In this document: positions 49,489-60,586 of the stretch, one piece after another
How positions within the stretch are numbered: position 1 is the first letter of the stretch
Layout of the letters: each line of letters opens with the position of its first letter
Origin: a bacterium
Lineage (GTDB): Bacteria > Cyanobacteriota > Vampirovibrionia > Gastranaerophilales > JBAXKC01
Length of the DNA: 64,000 nucleotides
NCBI GenBank assembly: GCA_037137535.1
Contig: JBAXKC010000001.1
Location: forward strand, 96,001-160,000
Reading direction: 5' to 3'
Translations under genes and position numbers: made by a program
Notes under the pieces: model-generated
What the model saw: the letters and a program-made list of their open reading frames with translations, nothing else
The model's database searches: none
Told to the model about the DNA's origin: nothing

Positions 49489-50409
49489 TTAATTATTAGA
49501 ATGATGAAGACTGTTTACTTCTTTTATTCTATCTTTTACACGTTTTGAAATAACATCAATATGAACCGTATCCGTTATTCCCTGCATAGACGCTTCTTCT
49601 TTGGATCTTGAGGAAATTTCGTCTATATCATTAATATCAAGCCACATTAAGCTTAAACCATAATTTATATCTAATCCTCTTTTCGCAACTGTTTTTAATA
49701 ATTTAGTCGCAACATCAAGGAAATATAGCTGCTCTGTGTTTGTATTCGTATAATCGGGAAGATTTACTATAATATATTGCAAGGAATCAAAAAATTCAAA
49801 AGTCTTTGAACGTCCTAAAATATCAACGGAAATTAATCTTGTATTAAAATCATAATCTTTATCATGAATTAATTTACTTAATTTTTCATCAATAAACTTA
49901 CTTTTATTTGGAAAAAGATTCATAAACCTTTGCAAAAGCATATCAGCAATAACTGCTGTACTTTGGGAACTGCATGAAGCAGTAAACAATTTTAAAAGAG
50001 TATTTAACACGTCTTCATCAACTGTTTCTTCATTGGATTTAATAAAATTAACCATCGCATCAGCAGTTAAAAGCAATGCTTCTTTTTTCTCGAAAGAATC
50101 GTCCAGAATAAGCTCTTCGTTTAATAAATATTCTGTATATTTGGCAAGGACTTCTCCTTTTCCTTTTTGCAAAAATAATCCCGAAATAATTGTTTTAAAC
50201 ATTTCAGAATAATTTTCATCAAAAAGAGCCTCTTCAAGATTTTTATACAAAAGCTCATTGTCTGATTTAACAACAGCAGTAAGAACGGTCTGTCTTAAAA
50301 ACTGATCTCCTCCTGACTGTCCATGAGTTTCTATATCATTAGCAACTTCAAGAAGTTTTTCAAATTTTATTTTAGCATCTTGCTCTATATTTTTTTCAAT
50401 CTCAGCCAT
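49489..50409 (-). CDS. Hypothetical acidic helical protein
   Basis: 306-aa ORF with AAGGTG RBS, co-oriented with gmhA. Confidence 0.75.
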   Translation of the reverse strand: MAEIEKNIEQDAKIKFEKLLEVANDIETHGQSGGDQFLRQTVLTAVVKSDNELLYKNLEEALFDENYSEMFKTIISGLFLQKGKGEVLAKYTEYLLNEELILDDSFEKKEALLLTADAMVNFIKSNEETVDEDVLNTLLKLFTASCSSQSTAVIADMLLQRFMNLFPNKSKFIDEKLSKLIHDKDYDFNTRLISVDILGRSKTFEFFDSLQYIIVNLPDYTNTNTEQLYFLDVATKLLKTVAKRGLDINYGLSLMWLDINDIDEISSRSKEEASMQGITDTVHIDVISKRVKDRIKEVNSLHHSNN

Positions 50410-50490
50410 GTTTCACCTTATCTTTAATAAAGTTAATAGGGCATTACTGCCCTATCAAATCATAATTCAATTTCAACTTAAAAGCAAAAA

Positions 50491-52836
50491 TTATGCTTCC
50501 ATGTATTTTTCCATATTGTCGTACATTGTCCATATACCGCAAGGACAAACGCCTGCACAAATACCGCAGCCAATGCACTTTTTAGGGTTGCTGACATATT
50601 CAAAAGTTCCATTTTCTTTTTCAACTCTTGAAATAGCCATTTCAGGACAAACGTCCATACAGAAATTACAATCTCTGCATAAACCGCAGCTCATACAACG
50701 ACCTGTTTCCTCTTGTGTATCCATTTCAGACACTTTTTGAGGATTCATAGGATGATAATACTCATCTTTTACTTTGTCTTGAGGAATCATAGGTGCTCTT
50801 TTAAAGAGATCTAAAGGCTGAGCCACAAGCATATTATGAATATTAAGGGCCACTTTTCTGCCATCGCCTATTGCATGGGTAAATAAGCCAAGTTTTACCG
50901 CATCACCCGTTACAAATACTTTTGGATTAGCTTCAGTCTGCATAAATTCATTAAGCTTTGTTTTTCCTCTTTCATCAAGATATTCATTTGATAAGAAAGA
51001 GAAGTCAGTTCTATCGCCAACAGAAATAATAACCGTATCAGCTTCTAAAATTCTGCCGTCTTTTAAGTGAACGCCTTTATCGGTAACTTTCTCAGTAAAG
51101 CAAGGCCACAAGATTTCAGCACCAAGTTTTGTAACATGTTCAATTTCTTTTTCAAAAGCAGCAGGTTTTTGAATATCAATAGCCGTAACTTTTTCAGCAC
51201 CAAGATTATAAGCACCGATTACAACGTCCATAGCCGCATTACCAGCACCAATCACAACAACTTTTTTACCGATACTTACTTTTTCGCCTTTATTAATGGA
51301 CTTTAAGAAATCAAGACCTTTAACAAGTCTTTCATGTCCTTCAAAAGGAATAACAACAGGAACATGCGCCCCAACGGTAACAACAACTGCATTATATTCT
51401 TTTTCAAGCCTTGAGAACAGAGCTTTATCTACTGTTATATTAGTATTAATGCCTATTCCAAGTTCTTTTATTCTATTAAGTTCAGCTTCAAGGACTTCTT
51501 GATTTAATCTATCTTCAGGAATAACCTGTTTAAGTTTTCCGCCTATTATACTGTCTTGCTCATAAATATCTACTTTATAGCCGAATTTTCTCAAGTGATA
51601 AGCGGCTGTTAAACCTGCAACACCCGAACCTATAACAGCAACGGAACTATCAAGTTCTTGAGATGGAGCCTTCACTTTTATATCTCTGCTTAACATTCCA
51701 AGATTAGCTATTTTTACAGGAGTATCAATATATTTTCTGTTACATTCATCCAGACATAAGTTAGGACAAACCTGTCCGCAAACTGAAGCAGGGAAAGGAC
51801 TGTAATCAAGAACCAGTTTTAAAGCCTCTTCAACTTTACCAGCTCTTAAAAGTCCTATTCTACGTTGTGTAGGAATATAAACAGGGCAATTATATTCACA
51901 TGGAGAAGCAAATACATGGTTTTTCCATTCAGGATAACGTATTCTTAATTCGTCTTTTTCAACAAAATTTGCCACATAATAATCTTCTGAAATAAGATCG
52001 CCAAAAATTCCACCCTCAACCCATTTATTAAGTCTGAAATCCTTAATAGGAATTAAAGATTTGATTTTTCTTTCTTCATAGGTTTTAGCAACAATTTTGT
52101 TCCATTGTGAAAAATCTAAAAGGTAATTAATTTCATTAGTTTTTTCAATTTTTTCAAGAAAATCAGGCATTCCTTTTAAAAGAAAAGTTTTATCCCTGTC
52201 ATCTAAAGGCAAAAGCCAAACATCATCAGAAAGGTCTTTTACATTTCCTCTGACATAAACAGTTCCGCCAACCATACCGACACAACTTCTGTATCCTAAT
52301 ACGGAAGGAAGTGCTTCACAGCCTGCACCACAGACAACAGCAACGCCGCCGCCCATAAATTCAAAACTGAAAGAGCCTGTATTTTTATATATCCAAAATT
52401 CCGGAGGCGGGAACTTAGGGTCATGCTTCATTAAAGCCCCTGATCTTGTTCCTACTCTTCCGCTAATGAAAATTTTACCCGTAGCCGCACAATGAGCAGT
52501 AGTATCACCACCATCGCCTTTTACGATAATCTCAGCACCTGCATTTAACCAGCCTACATCGGCAGGAGCAGAGCCTTCAACAATAATCTGAGTTCCATGT
52601 AATCCCATAGAACCGATTCTTTGCCCGGGGTTTTTAACTCTGAATTTTAAAGGCTTACCGTCTTTTGACCAGACAGAACCGCCGATATTATGTTGTCCCG
52701 AAGCTAAAATATCAAATTCAGTACAACCTTCATCAATTTTTTTATATATTTGCTGAAGAAGTTTTTGACTGGAGATTCTTTCTTCAGCTATTATTCCTAA
52801 TAAATTCTCAGTGGAATTTTGCTTTGTATCAGGCAT
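50491..52836 (-). CDS. Glutamate synthase subunit: GXGXG (GltB domain 3) fused to a GltD-like FAD/NAD(P) oxidoreductase and ferredoxin
   Basis: EFMGGG / VGMVGG beta-helix; PCEYNCP, CGQVCPNLC; IGSGVAG, IGAGNAAMD; terminal 2x[4Fe-4S]. Confidence 0.85.
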   Translation of the reverse strand: MPDTKQNSTENLLGIIAEERISSQKLLQQIYKKIDEGCTEFDILASGQHNIGGSVWSKDGKPLKFRVKNPGQRIGSMGLHGTQIIVEGSAPADVGWLNAGAEIIVKGDGGDTTAHCAATGKIFISGRVGTRSGALMKHDPKFPPPEFWIYKNTGSFSFEFMGGGVAVVCGAGCEALPSVLGYRSCVGMVGGTVYVRGNVKDLSDDVWLLPLDDRDKTFLLKGMPDFLEKIEKTNEINYLLDFSQWNKIVAKTYEERKIKSLIPIKDFRLNKWVEGGIFGDLISEDYYVANFVEKDELRIRYPEWKNHVFASPCEYNCPVYIPTQRRIGLLRAGKVEEALKLVLDYSPFPASVCGQVCPNLCLDECNRKYIDTPVKIANLGMLSRDIKVKAPSQELDSSVAVIGSGVAGLTAAYHLRKFGYKVDIYEQDSIIGGKLKQVIPEDRLNQEVLEAELNRIKELGIGINTNITVDKALFSRLEKEYNAVVVTVGAHVPVVIPFEGHERLVKGLDFLKSINKGEKVSIGKKVVVIGAGNAAMDVVIGAYNLGAEKVTAIDIQKPAAFEKEIEHVTKLGAEILWPCFTEKVTDKGVHLKDGRILEADTVIISVGDRTDFSFLSNEYLDERGKTKLNEFMQTEANPKVFVTGDAVKLGLFTHAIGDGRKVALNIHNMLVAQPLDLFKRAPMIPQDKVKDEYYHPMNPQKVSEMDTQEETGRCMSCGLCRDCNFCMDVCPEMAISRVEKENGTFEYVSNPKKCIGCGICAGVCPCGIWTMYDNMEKYMEA

Positions 52837-52879
52837 AACGCCCCTCCTGACAATATTTTATTTTTCTCAAACCTATCTT

Positions 52880-54520
52880 TTAACAAGCATGCTGAATTTG
52901 TAATCTTTGAGCCACATGTTGATCAACACTTACTAAAGCATCTGACCTACCGACAGGAAGCGAACTGTTTCCTATTGGAGCCATCATTTTCTTCAACTCA
53001 TGATCTAATGAAATAAAGTAATTAACTATGCTTTCAGCTACTTTATCAATATCCAGACGCTTTACAAGCACAGGATTCTGAGTACAAATACCAACAGGGC
53101 ATAAGCCTGTATTACAAGCATTACACTTGCCATGATCATTTCCAACGCAACCCGCAAGCTGAAGCATAAGTTTTCCTGTAAATACCCCATTAGCTCCAAG
53201 AGCTATCATTTTTAAGGCATCAGCAGAAAGATTCATGTTCATACCAAGTCCGCCAGCTGCCCAAAGAGGGATTTGTCCCTGTTTACCTTGATGCACAGCA
53301 GCAAGATAACAATCTCTAAGCTTAGAAACGATAGGATGACCTGTATGATCCAATGATACTTCGTGAGCCGCACCCGTTCCACCTGCAATACCATCGAGGA
53401 AAAATCCGCCAACAATATTATAAGGATCTCTTAACAGGTTGTTATATACAGAAACGCTCGTTACGCTTGCTGCAACTTTAATTGCAACAGGAACTTTAAA
53501 TTTGAATGCAGAGTTTAAAGAAAGGAACATTTTCTGAACACTTTCTTCAATAGAATAAAGTCCTTGATGATTTGGAGGACTTAATAAATCAGCTTTTGGA
53601 ACGCCTCTGATTTCCTGAATATGACGTGCAACTTTTTTAGATTGTAAAAGTCCGCCATCTCCCGGTTTAGCTCCTTGACCTATTTTAATAAGTACGCCAG
53701 CAGGATCAGTAACCATATCAGGCATTGTGTTAATAATTCTGTTCCAACCGAAATGACCCGATGCGATTTGCAATATCATATATTTTAAATATTCAGATTT
53801 AAGAAGTCTTACAGGAAGACCACCTTCGCCCGAACACATTCTTACAGGAAGTCCGACTTGCTCGTTAAGGTAAGCAACAGCAATTGCCATAGCTTCCCAC
53901 ATACGCCATGATAAAGCACCAATAGACATATCCCCGATAATTACAGGGTAAATCCAACTCACAGGAGGAATTTCACCCGATAATGCCAATTTCCCATCTT
54001 TTACTTCAAGAGGAATATGCTCAGGAGGCAATACTCTTCCAAAAGGTGCAAGCATATCAAAAGTATGACGCTGTGCATCAAGCGATGGGTCAGTCATTTG
54101 GGAAATACGACCGATTTTAAGTTTGTCTAAAGTTCTGCCTTCTGTATGAACATTGGTTCTTCCGCCTCTTTTGTAAGAGTCGGCTAAAGATGTTCTATAT
54201 TTAATTGCAAGTCTGTTATCAGAATTTCTTACAGGCTTAATTGCTGTATTTGGACAAACTTTTTCGCATATACCGCAACCTCTACAAGCCTTATTCTCAT
54301 CAATAACCTGTTTAATTACTGGTATTGTTTGGAAAAACACTCTTGGTCTCGGCGAAGATTCTTCGCTGACAACTTTTCTTCTTTTTTCAACACCTGCTTC
54401 TATAGCACCAAAAGGACAAGAAGCTGTACAGCTACCACAAAGAGTACACCTGTCGTGTTTATATTCTAATTGCCATGGTAAATCATCTATTGCTAATTCA
54501 TTTACTTTTACTGCTGCCAT
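52880..54520 (-). CDS. Glutamate synthase FMN-binding subunit with N-terminal ferredoxin
   Basis: MSIGALS, SGEGG, QIASGHFG, KIGQGAKPGDGG, CNTGLCPVGICTQ. Confidence 0.9.
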   Translation of the reverse strand: MAAVKVNELAIDDLPWQLEYKHDRCTLCGSCTASCPFGAIEAGVEKRRKVVSEESSPRPRVFFQTIPVIKQVIDENKACRGCGICEKVCPNTAIKPVRNSDNRLAIKYRTSLADSYKRGGRTNVHTEGRTLDKLKIGRISQMTDPSLDAQRHTFDMLAPFGRVLPPEHIPLEVKDGKLALSGEIPPVSWIYPVIIGDMSIGALSWRMWEAMAIAVAYLNEQVGLPVRMCSGEGGLPVRLLKSEYLKYMILQIASGHFGWNRIINTMPDMVTDPAGVLIKIGQGAKPGDGGLLQSKKVARHIQEIRGVPKADLLSPPNHQGLYSIEESVQKMFLSLNSAFKFKVPVAIKVAASVTSVSVYNNLLRDPYNIVGGFFLDGIAGGTGAAHEVSLDHTGHPIVSKLRDCYLAAVHQGKQGQIPLWAAGGLGMNMNLSADALKMIALGANGVFTGKLMLQLAGCVGNDHGKCNACNTGLCPVGICTQNPVLVKRLDIDKVAESIVNYFISLDHELKKMMAPIGNSSLPVGRSDALVSVDQHVAQRLQIQHAC

Positions 54521-55614
54521 CTCTCTACCCCCAAGCTGTTGTTAATAATAACCATTTCTCTTTCATGAGGGTAAATATCCTCTTCCCATTTTCTATCGGG
54601 AAGAACTTCGTTAATACCTGTTACTTCAGAAGTTATAACGATTGTATCTTTAGTTCCGCCAACAACAACCGGTCTTAATTTTTTAGAATCACAACAGGTA
54701 AACATAGTACCATCAGGAAGAACGCCGATAATGGTATTCGGACCGTTTATCTCAAGATGAGCTAAAGATGCTTTTATTTTAAGAAGAATTTGCTTATCCT
54801 CTCTTTGCTCAATCTGTTCAAATGGCAAAGGAGTAATTGTGTGCTTATAGTAAGCAAGTGGCCATTTTAAAATTTTATTAATATAGTGAAGGGTGTATAA
54901 AAAACATTGAGAATCAGACTCAAAACCTACATAACCTTTATACAGCTTCTGCTGAAAAAGCTTATTCTTTTCATAGAAAGTATTTTCGCCGTTTGCAAGT
55001 GATGTATAGCCTTGTAAAAAGAAAGGATGAGCCGCATATCTTACGATGTCGTAATTTGTATTTTGCCTGCATTGAGCAGTAATAATTTTTGCAGTAAATT
55101 CTTTGTTTTCTTCCCAAAGTCCAAAATATTCACCAATATCGGTAGGATCGCCAATTTCTTTAAGAGTAACGACATCAGGCCAAAAGGAGTAAACATAGCC
55201 GTCATCTGTTTCTTCAAGAGCCTCTCTTATTTTTAATTTTGCATCAACTAGAAGTTCTTCTTTTTCATGCTCTGGAGAATATTTAAAACTTTTTGGATAT
55301 TGAAATACTTCAAACACATAGTTTGGCATTGGTTCAATATTTAAACCGGGCTTATAATCAATTTCTGGTGCCCACTGCATAACCCTTACAAAGCCTAATG
55401 AGTGAAGAATATCTTCCGCTTTTTTCATACCTTCATTGGTGCAGGCCATAGATAAAATCGGCAAACCTTTGTAATTTTCAAAAACACCGCCAAGATCTTG
55501 CATAACCATAGCAAAACCTGAATTATCATGTCCTTTTTGTTGAGAACGCATTAATTTAAGCGCCATAGAAGGGTGGATATAATTTTTAGATTTTATAGCT
55601 CCTATACGACACAC
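54508..55614 (-). CDS. Glutamate synthase class-II amidotransferase subunit
   Basis: N-terminal (M)CR nucleophile (GTG start), GHDNSGF, AAHPF, NGEN, DSKKLRP. Confidence 0.88.
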   Translation of the reverse strand: MCRIGAIKSKNYIHPSMALKLMRSQQKGHDNSGFAMVMQDLGGVFENYKGLPILSMACTNEGMKKAEDILHSLGFVRVMQWAPEIDYKPGLNIEPMPNYVFEVFQYPKSFKYSPEHEKEELLVDAKLKIREALEETDDGYVYSFWPDVVTLKEIGDPTDIGEYFGLWEENKEFTAKIITAQCRQNTNYDIVRYAAHPFFLQGYTSLANGENTFYEKNKLFQQKLYKGYVGFESDSQCFLYTLHYINKILKWPLAYYKHTITPLPFEQIEQREDKQILLKIKASLAHLEINGPNTIIGVLPDGTMFTCCDSKKLRPVVVGGTKDTIVITSEVTGINEVLPDRKWEEDIYPHEREMVIINNSLGVERWQQ

Positions 55615-55850
55615 GCTTTTTTTCTCCTGATCTCTTTTTAAATCATTAATTATTTCAAAATTATAATTTTTTGAAACTTATCCAACATTTTAGCGTAAAT
55701 CTTAAAAAAGTTCGAGAAAAAATTTTATACCTACTAAATATCAGGGATTTTTTAAATTTAATTTTATAAAATTAACACCAATAGCAAATAATTATATTAA
55801 AGCTTTTTGCATTAAAAAATAAATTAAATTATTTTACACATTTAGTTAGC

Positions 55851-56888
55851 CTACGGATGCAACGCTGCCTTTATTACACGACCATCATCATGCATTTTAA
55901 TCCCTTCGATTCCCTCTGAAAGAGGCATTTGAGCCGTTATCAGTTTCTTTACATTAATTGAACCATCGCTTATTAAGTTAAGGGCTTCTTTAATATGTGC
56001 AGGAGTATGGTGAAATATACTAATAATCTTTATTTCATCATAATGAACTCTTCTTGTATCTAACTCAATAGTAGTTCCAGACTTACAACCGCCAAAAAGG
56101 TTGACAGTTCCTCCTCGTCTCGTTATTTTAAGCGCTTTTTCCCATAAGGCAGGCAAGCCTACTGCTTCTATTGCAATATCAAGTCCTTTTCCACCGGGAG
56201 TAAGACTTTTTATCTCTTCAACAGGATCAACTAAAGTTGTTAAATCAATAACTTCATCAGCTCCTGCAAAGTCTTTTGCAAGTTTAAGCTTGAGCGGATT
56301 TCTTCCCATTGCTATAACTCTTGCACCTTTTAGCTTTGCAACTTTTACAAACATAAGTCCAATAGGCCCTAGCCCTATTACGCCAACGGTCTGACCAGCT
56401 TTTATCTCCGTTCGTTCTGCGCCATGCAGCACATTAGCAAGAGGCTCAACAAAAGCCGCCTCATCAAAACTCACATGCTCGGGGATTTCAAGCATATTAT
56501 ACTTAACTATCTGAGCAGGCACTTTTATATATTCAGCAAAAGCACCATTAAGCAGATTTAAGTTTTCGCAAAGATTATATTCACCAAGTCCGCAATAAAA
56601 ACATTGCATACAAGGAGCTGAATTAGCCGCTACAACCTTTTGTCCACGTTTAAAACTTGTTACGTTTTCACCAACTTGCTCTACAATGCCCGCAAATTCG
56701 TGTCCAAACCCAGAAGGAACTGTCTTAATAAGAACAGGATGACCTCTTCTAAAAGTTTTAACATCAGTTCCGCAGGTAAGAGCAGTTTTAACTCTTACTA
56801 AAACCTCATCAGCCTCTATTTCAGGAACATCTACCTCTTCATATCTTATATCACCCGGAGCATGAAACATTATTGCGTTCATTTTCAT
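55851..56888 (-). CDS. Zinc-dependent (sugar) alcohol dehydrogenase
   Basis: TCGTD, GHEFAG, CxxCxxC, GLGPIG. Confidence 0.9.
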   Translation of the reverse strand: MKMNAIMFHAPGDIRYEEVDVPEIEADEVLVRVKTALTCGTDVKTFRRGHPVLIKTVPSGFGHEFAGIVEQVGENVTSFKRGQKVVAANSAPCMQCFYCGLGEYNLCENLNLLNGAFAEYIKVPAQIVKYNMLEIPEHVSFDEAAFVEPLANVLHGAERTEIKAGQTVGVIGLGPIGLMFVKVAKLKGARVIAMGRNPLKLKLAKDFAGADEVIDLTTLVDPVEEIKSLTPGGKGLDIAIEAVGLPALWEKALKITRRGGTVNLFGGCKSGTTIELDTRRVHYDEIKIISIFHHTPAHIKEALNLISDGSINVKKLITAQMPLSEGIEGIKMHDDGRVIKAALHP

Positions 56889-57892
56889 AATTTTATATAT
56901 GCCTTTAATATTCTATTATTTAATGTATCTTCTATCGCTTCATTAATTTGACCTAAAGGGTAGTTACTTATTAAAGTATCAACTTTTACTTTGCCCATTT
57001 CAATCAACTTGAGCGATTCCTTTAAATCTTGTGTTGATGGGGAATAACTGCCCATAACGGTTAATTCCCTATAATATATCTCATTATTGGCAAATCCATC
57101 CGCATAAGAGCTTACGCTTGAGAAAACACAAATTGTTCCGCCATCTCTTATTGATTTTAACGCAGGAGATAAACTTTTATTGCTTCCCGAGGCTAAAAAT
57201 ACAATATCTACACCCAAATTATCATTATTTTCTTTAATTTTATCCGCAAAGTCTTCTTCATATTTAAAAGATTGATCGAAACCTAATGTTTCTGACAAAT
57301 TAACTCTTTCATCGAACAGATCACAACCAAAAACAGTAGCACCATAAACTTTAGCCGCCTGCCCTATTAATAAACCGATAGAACCCAATCCCATAACAAG
57401 AACGGTTTTATTTGGCGAAACTCCTGCTCTTTTAACAGCTCTCAAACAACATGCCAAAGGCTCTGTAAAGGAAGCCTCCTCATAAGAAATAGTTCCTGAA
57501 AGTTTAAAAGCACTATGTAAAAGATGATCTTCAGATAAAAATATATATTCAGAGAAACCACCAGGGAGAATATTGGTTTCTTTAAATTTTCTACACATGG
57601 AATAATTACCACTTTGACAATAAACACAGGCAAAACAAGGAACATGATGACCTGAAACAATTTTATCACCTAGTTTAAAAGCTGTTTTTTCGGTATTTAT
57701 TTCAATAATTTCACCGACTATTTCATGCCCTAATACTGCTCCGTCCGCAACTAAATTCTGTTTCAACTTAACAATATCAGAACCACAAAGACCGCAACCG
57801 TATATTTTTACTATTGCACCGCTTTTTTTAAGAATAGGTGGTGATATATCTTTTAATTCAAGAGTTTTATTTTTTAATACTGCAGCCTTCAA
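56885..57892 (-). CDS. Zinc-dependent (sugar) alcohol dehydrogenase
   Basis: LCGSD, GHEIVG, HHVPCFACVYC, GLGSIG; ATGA coupling to the next gene. Confidence 0.9.
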   Translation of the reverse strand: MKAAVLKNKTLELKDISPPILKKSGAIVKIYGCGLCGSDIVKLKQNLVADGAVLGHEIVGEIIEINTEKTAFKLGDKIVSGHHVPCFACVYCQSGNYSMCRKFKETNILPGGFSEYIFLSEDHLLHSAFKLSGTISYEEASFTEPLACCLRAVKRAGVSPNKTVLVMGLGSIGLLIGQAAKVYGATVFGCDLFDERVNLSETLGFDQSFKYEEDFADKIKENNDNLGVDIVFLASGSNKSLSPALKSIRDGGTICVFSSVSSYADGFANNEIYYRELTVMGSYSPSTQDLKESLKLIEMGKVKVDTLISNYPLGQINEAIEDTLNNRILKAYIKL

Positions 57893-57988
57893 GTTTTTAA
57901 TCCTACCTTTTAAAACTACAAGTATATTAAACTCCTTAAATATTTACTGTCAAAAGTTTATTTTAAGTATTAGGAAGTTTTAAACTAT

Positions 57989-59083
57989 CTATTTTGAGCC
58001 CGAGGCCTGATTTGCTGTTTTATCACAAGTGGAAGGCACTCTGGTACAACTGTTAAGAGCTTTACCTGGTTGACCAAAAGCAAACTTGAATAGTAAAAAT
58101 TTCTTGCTTAACATCTCACTTACTCCGTCCGATAGACATTTTATACTATTAACTGCTTCCTGTGAAGCCAATACTGTTTCATTAAGATTACTGAATAAAT
58201 TCGGTCCTGACTGAGAATTACTAACTTTATTCGTATAATTATTAACTACTCCTAATGTATTATTTGTAATTTTCAAGGTATCTTTACTATCTTTTGAAAC
58301 CTGCTTAAAGTTTTCAGAAGCTTCCGCCGCATTTTTAATAGCCGTTTTTATATTTTCATCTCCTGTAATTTTACGCAAATCAGAAGAAAACGCAGAACCA
58401 TTAGACAAGATTTGCCTTATATCACCTTTAAATGTTCGATCCGACAGTAATCCATCTACGTTTGCAAGCGTTGATTTTACAAGAATAGAAGTTCCCGCAG
58501 CATTTTTTGAGAACGTTCTAATATCATTTTTATTATCTTTTGCTATTTGATTCATATTTTTAGACATTTCCACTTGAAGATTCATCAGCTCTTGACTTTG
58601 AGCTATAAAATTTTTAAGTTTATCACTTTGCATAAAATCTTTTATTGAATCTTGAAGATCCGTCAACGTATAAACATCTTGACCTTTTATCCATGCTCCG
58701 TCTTTTAATTTAACCTTAGAAGGTTTATCAGGTAGATTTAGCACAATAAATTTTTGCCCCGCAATACCTTCTGAAACAACAGAAGCAGTTGTATTATTAG
58801 GTAAAATAAAGTCTTTCTGATAAATATTCAATCTGACAATAGTGTATTTATAATCTTTACTTAATTCTATTTTTGAAATTTTGCCTACTTCTAACCCCTG
58901 ATAATAGACTTTAAATCCCTCACTAAGGATGCCTGGCTTTTTGAATAAAACATTCCACTTCATTTGAGGCATAAGTGCAAAATAACGAAGCCATAATACA
59001 CCGAATATAAATAATCCTACGGTAGAAACTATAAAAATCCCTGCTTTAAATTCAGATACGGTTTTGACTTTCTGATTATTCAT
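57989..59083 (-). CDS. mlaD: MlaD/MCE family protein
   Basis: EFKAGIF TM, VYYQGLEVGKI, SEGIAGQKFI, helical tail. Confidence 0.85.
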   Translation of the reverse strand: MNNQKVKTVSEFKAGIFIVSTVGLFIFGVLWLRYFALMPQMKWNVLFKKPGILSEGFKVYYQGLEVGKISKIELSKDYKYTIVRLNIYQKDFILPNNTTASVVSEGIAGQKFIVLNLPDKPSKVKLKDGAWIKGQDVYTLTDLQDSIKDFMQSDKLKNFIAQSQELMNLQVEMSKNMNQIAKDNKNDIRTFSKNAAGTSILVKSTLANVDGLLSDRTFKGDIRQILSNGSAFSSDLRKITGDENIKTAIKNAAEASENFKQVSKDSKDTLKITNNTLGVVNNYTNKVSNSQSGPNLFSNLNETVLASQEAVNSIKCLSDGVSEMLSKKFLLFKFAFGQPGKALNSCTRVPSTCDKTANQASGSK

Positions 59084-59828
59084 TATTTATTTGTCCTTTA
59101 TCTTTCTTTAATCTAAGTCTTTCCTTAAAAAGCATTGGATATTTGCTGTTATCTGATAAAAACGAACCCAACGTGCCTTGCCATACAAATTTTGCATTAT
59201 CCAAAATAAAAATTCTGTCCGAAACATTTTGAATTGTACCCATATCATGTGATACAACAACCGAGGTTATTCCCATTTGATCTCGCAAACGAACAATGTC
59301 ATCTTCAAGTTTTGATGCTGTTTGAGGGTCCAAACCTGAACTTGGCTCATCATAAAGAATCACCTCAGGCAAAAGAGCTATAGCTCTGGCAATACTTGCC
59401 CGTTTTTGCATACCGCCCGATAATTCATCAGGTGTTAGGTCTTCAGTATTTTGCAAGCCAACTGTATTTAAAGCGTCTAAAACTCGTTTTTCTATTTCCT
59501 CTTCAGCCAAATTAGTTGTTTCGCTTAAAGCTAAAGCCACATTTTCATATATGGTCATTGAATTAAACAAAGCAGGATATTGAAATGCCATACAAACCCT
59601 ATCGGAGTAAACATTAATTTCTCCTTTATCAGGCTTGATTAAACCTGTTATAAGTTTTAAAATAGTGCTTTTACCCGTTCCTGACGGTCCTGCAATTGTA
59701 ACTATATCTTTTTCGTAAATATTAAAACTTACATCATCAAGAATTTTTTTCAAACCAAAGGAAAGACTCACATTCTTAAAACTTATGAGAACTTTTCTAT
59801 TTTCAGAGGCTTTATCATTTAAGTTCAT
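59076..59828 (-). CDS. mlaF: MlaF-type ABC ATPase
   Basis: GPSGTGKS, ELSGGMQKR, YDEPSSGLDP. Confidence 0.9.
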   Translation of the reverse strand: MNLNDKASENRKVLISFKNVSLSFGLKKILDDVSFNIYEKDIVTIAGPSGTGKSTILKLITGLIKPDKGEINVYSDRVCMAFQYPALFNSMTIYENVALALSETTNLAEEEIEKRVLDALNTVGLQNTEDLTPDELSGGMQKRASIARAIALLPEVILYDEPSSGLDPQTASKLEDDIVRLRDQMGITSVVVSHDMGTIQNVSDRIFILDNAKFVWQGTLGSFLSDNSKYPMLFKERLRLKKDKGQINNE

Positions 59829-59830
59829 AT

Positions 59831-60586
59831 TTATGCCCCAAAGAAAATCGAAGTTAAAATATAGTTAAAGGTAAAAATTAATATTATGCTCCATACAACA
59901 GTAGTAGTAGTTGCTTTACCAACTGCTTCTGCACCTCCAATTACGGAAAAACCCCTTGTAGTTGCAATTACAGAAATTATAATTCCAAAAACGGTCGCTT
60001 TCAGAACCATAACCCAAACGTCCTGATTTTCTATGAACTGTCTTACCGAATCAAGATAAATTTTATTATTTAATCCGATAGAAATTCCCGTCAAAACCAT
60101 TCCCGAAACTATAGAAACGAAAGCCGAAATTATAGTTAAAAGTGGAGTTATAATGCTTGATGCAATTAACCTTGGAACAAATAAATAATAAGTAGGATTT
60201 ATTCCAAGAACTCTTAGAGCATCAATCTGCTCAGATGACTTCATACTGCCTATTTCTGCTGAAATAGAAGCTCCAACACGTCCTGCAACAACAATTGATG
60301 TAATAACAGGGGCTAACTCCCGAATTATAGCAATAGCAACAAGTCCACCTACAAGATGCCCCGCACCGAAATTATAATAAAGCTGCTTTGCTAATTGCGT
60401 AGAAATAGCAAGACCAATAAACATAGCAGTTATTGCAACTATAAAAATAGAATCTATTCCTGCTTTATTTATCTGCTCACAAGTTTCAACAATATGAAAC
60501 TTGCCTTTTAGTATAAATTTAAACGCCTCTAGTAACGTTTGTCCTGAACGCCCAATATCCTCAACAAATTCTCTGGTAGCTCCCAT
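59831..60586 (-). CDS. mlaE: MlaE-type ABC permease
   Basis: RELAPV, AGRVGASISAEIGSMK, EQIDAL, GGAEAVGKATT. Confidence 0.93.
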   Translation of the reverse strand: MGATREFVEDIGRSGQTLLEAFKFILKGKFHIVETCEQINKAGIDSIFIVAITAMFIGLAISTQLAKQLYYNFGAGHLVGGLVAIAIIRELAPVITSIVVAGRVGASISAEIGSMKSSEQIDALRVLGINPTYYLFVPRLIASSIITPLLTIISAFVSIVSGMVLTGISIGLNNKIYLDSVRQFIENQDVWVMVLKATVFGIIISVIATTRGFSVIGGAEAVGKATTTTVVWSIILIFTFNYILTSIFFGA

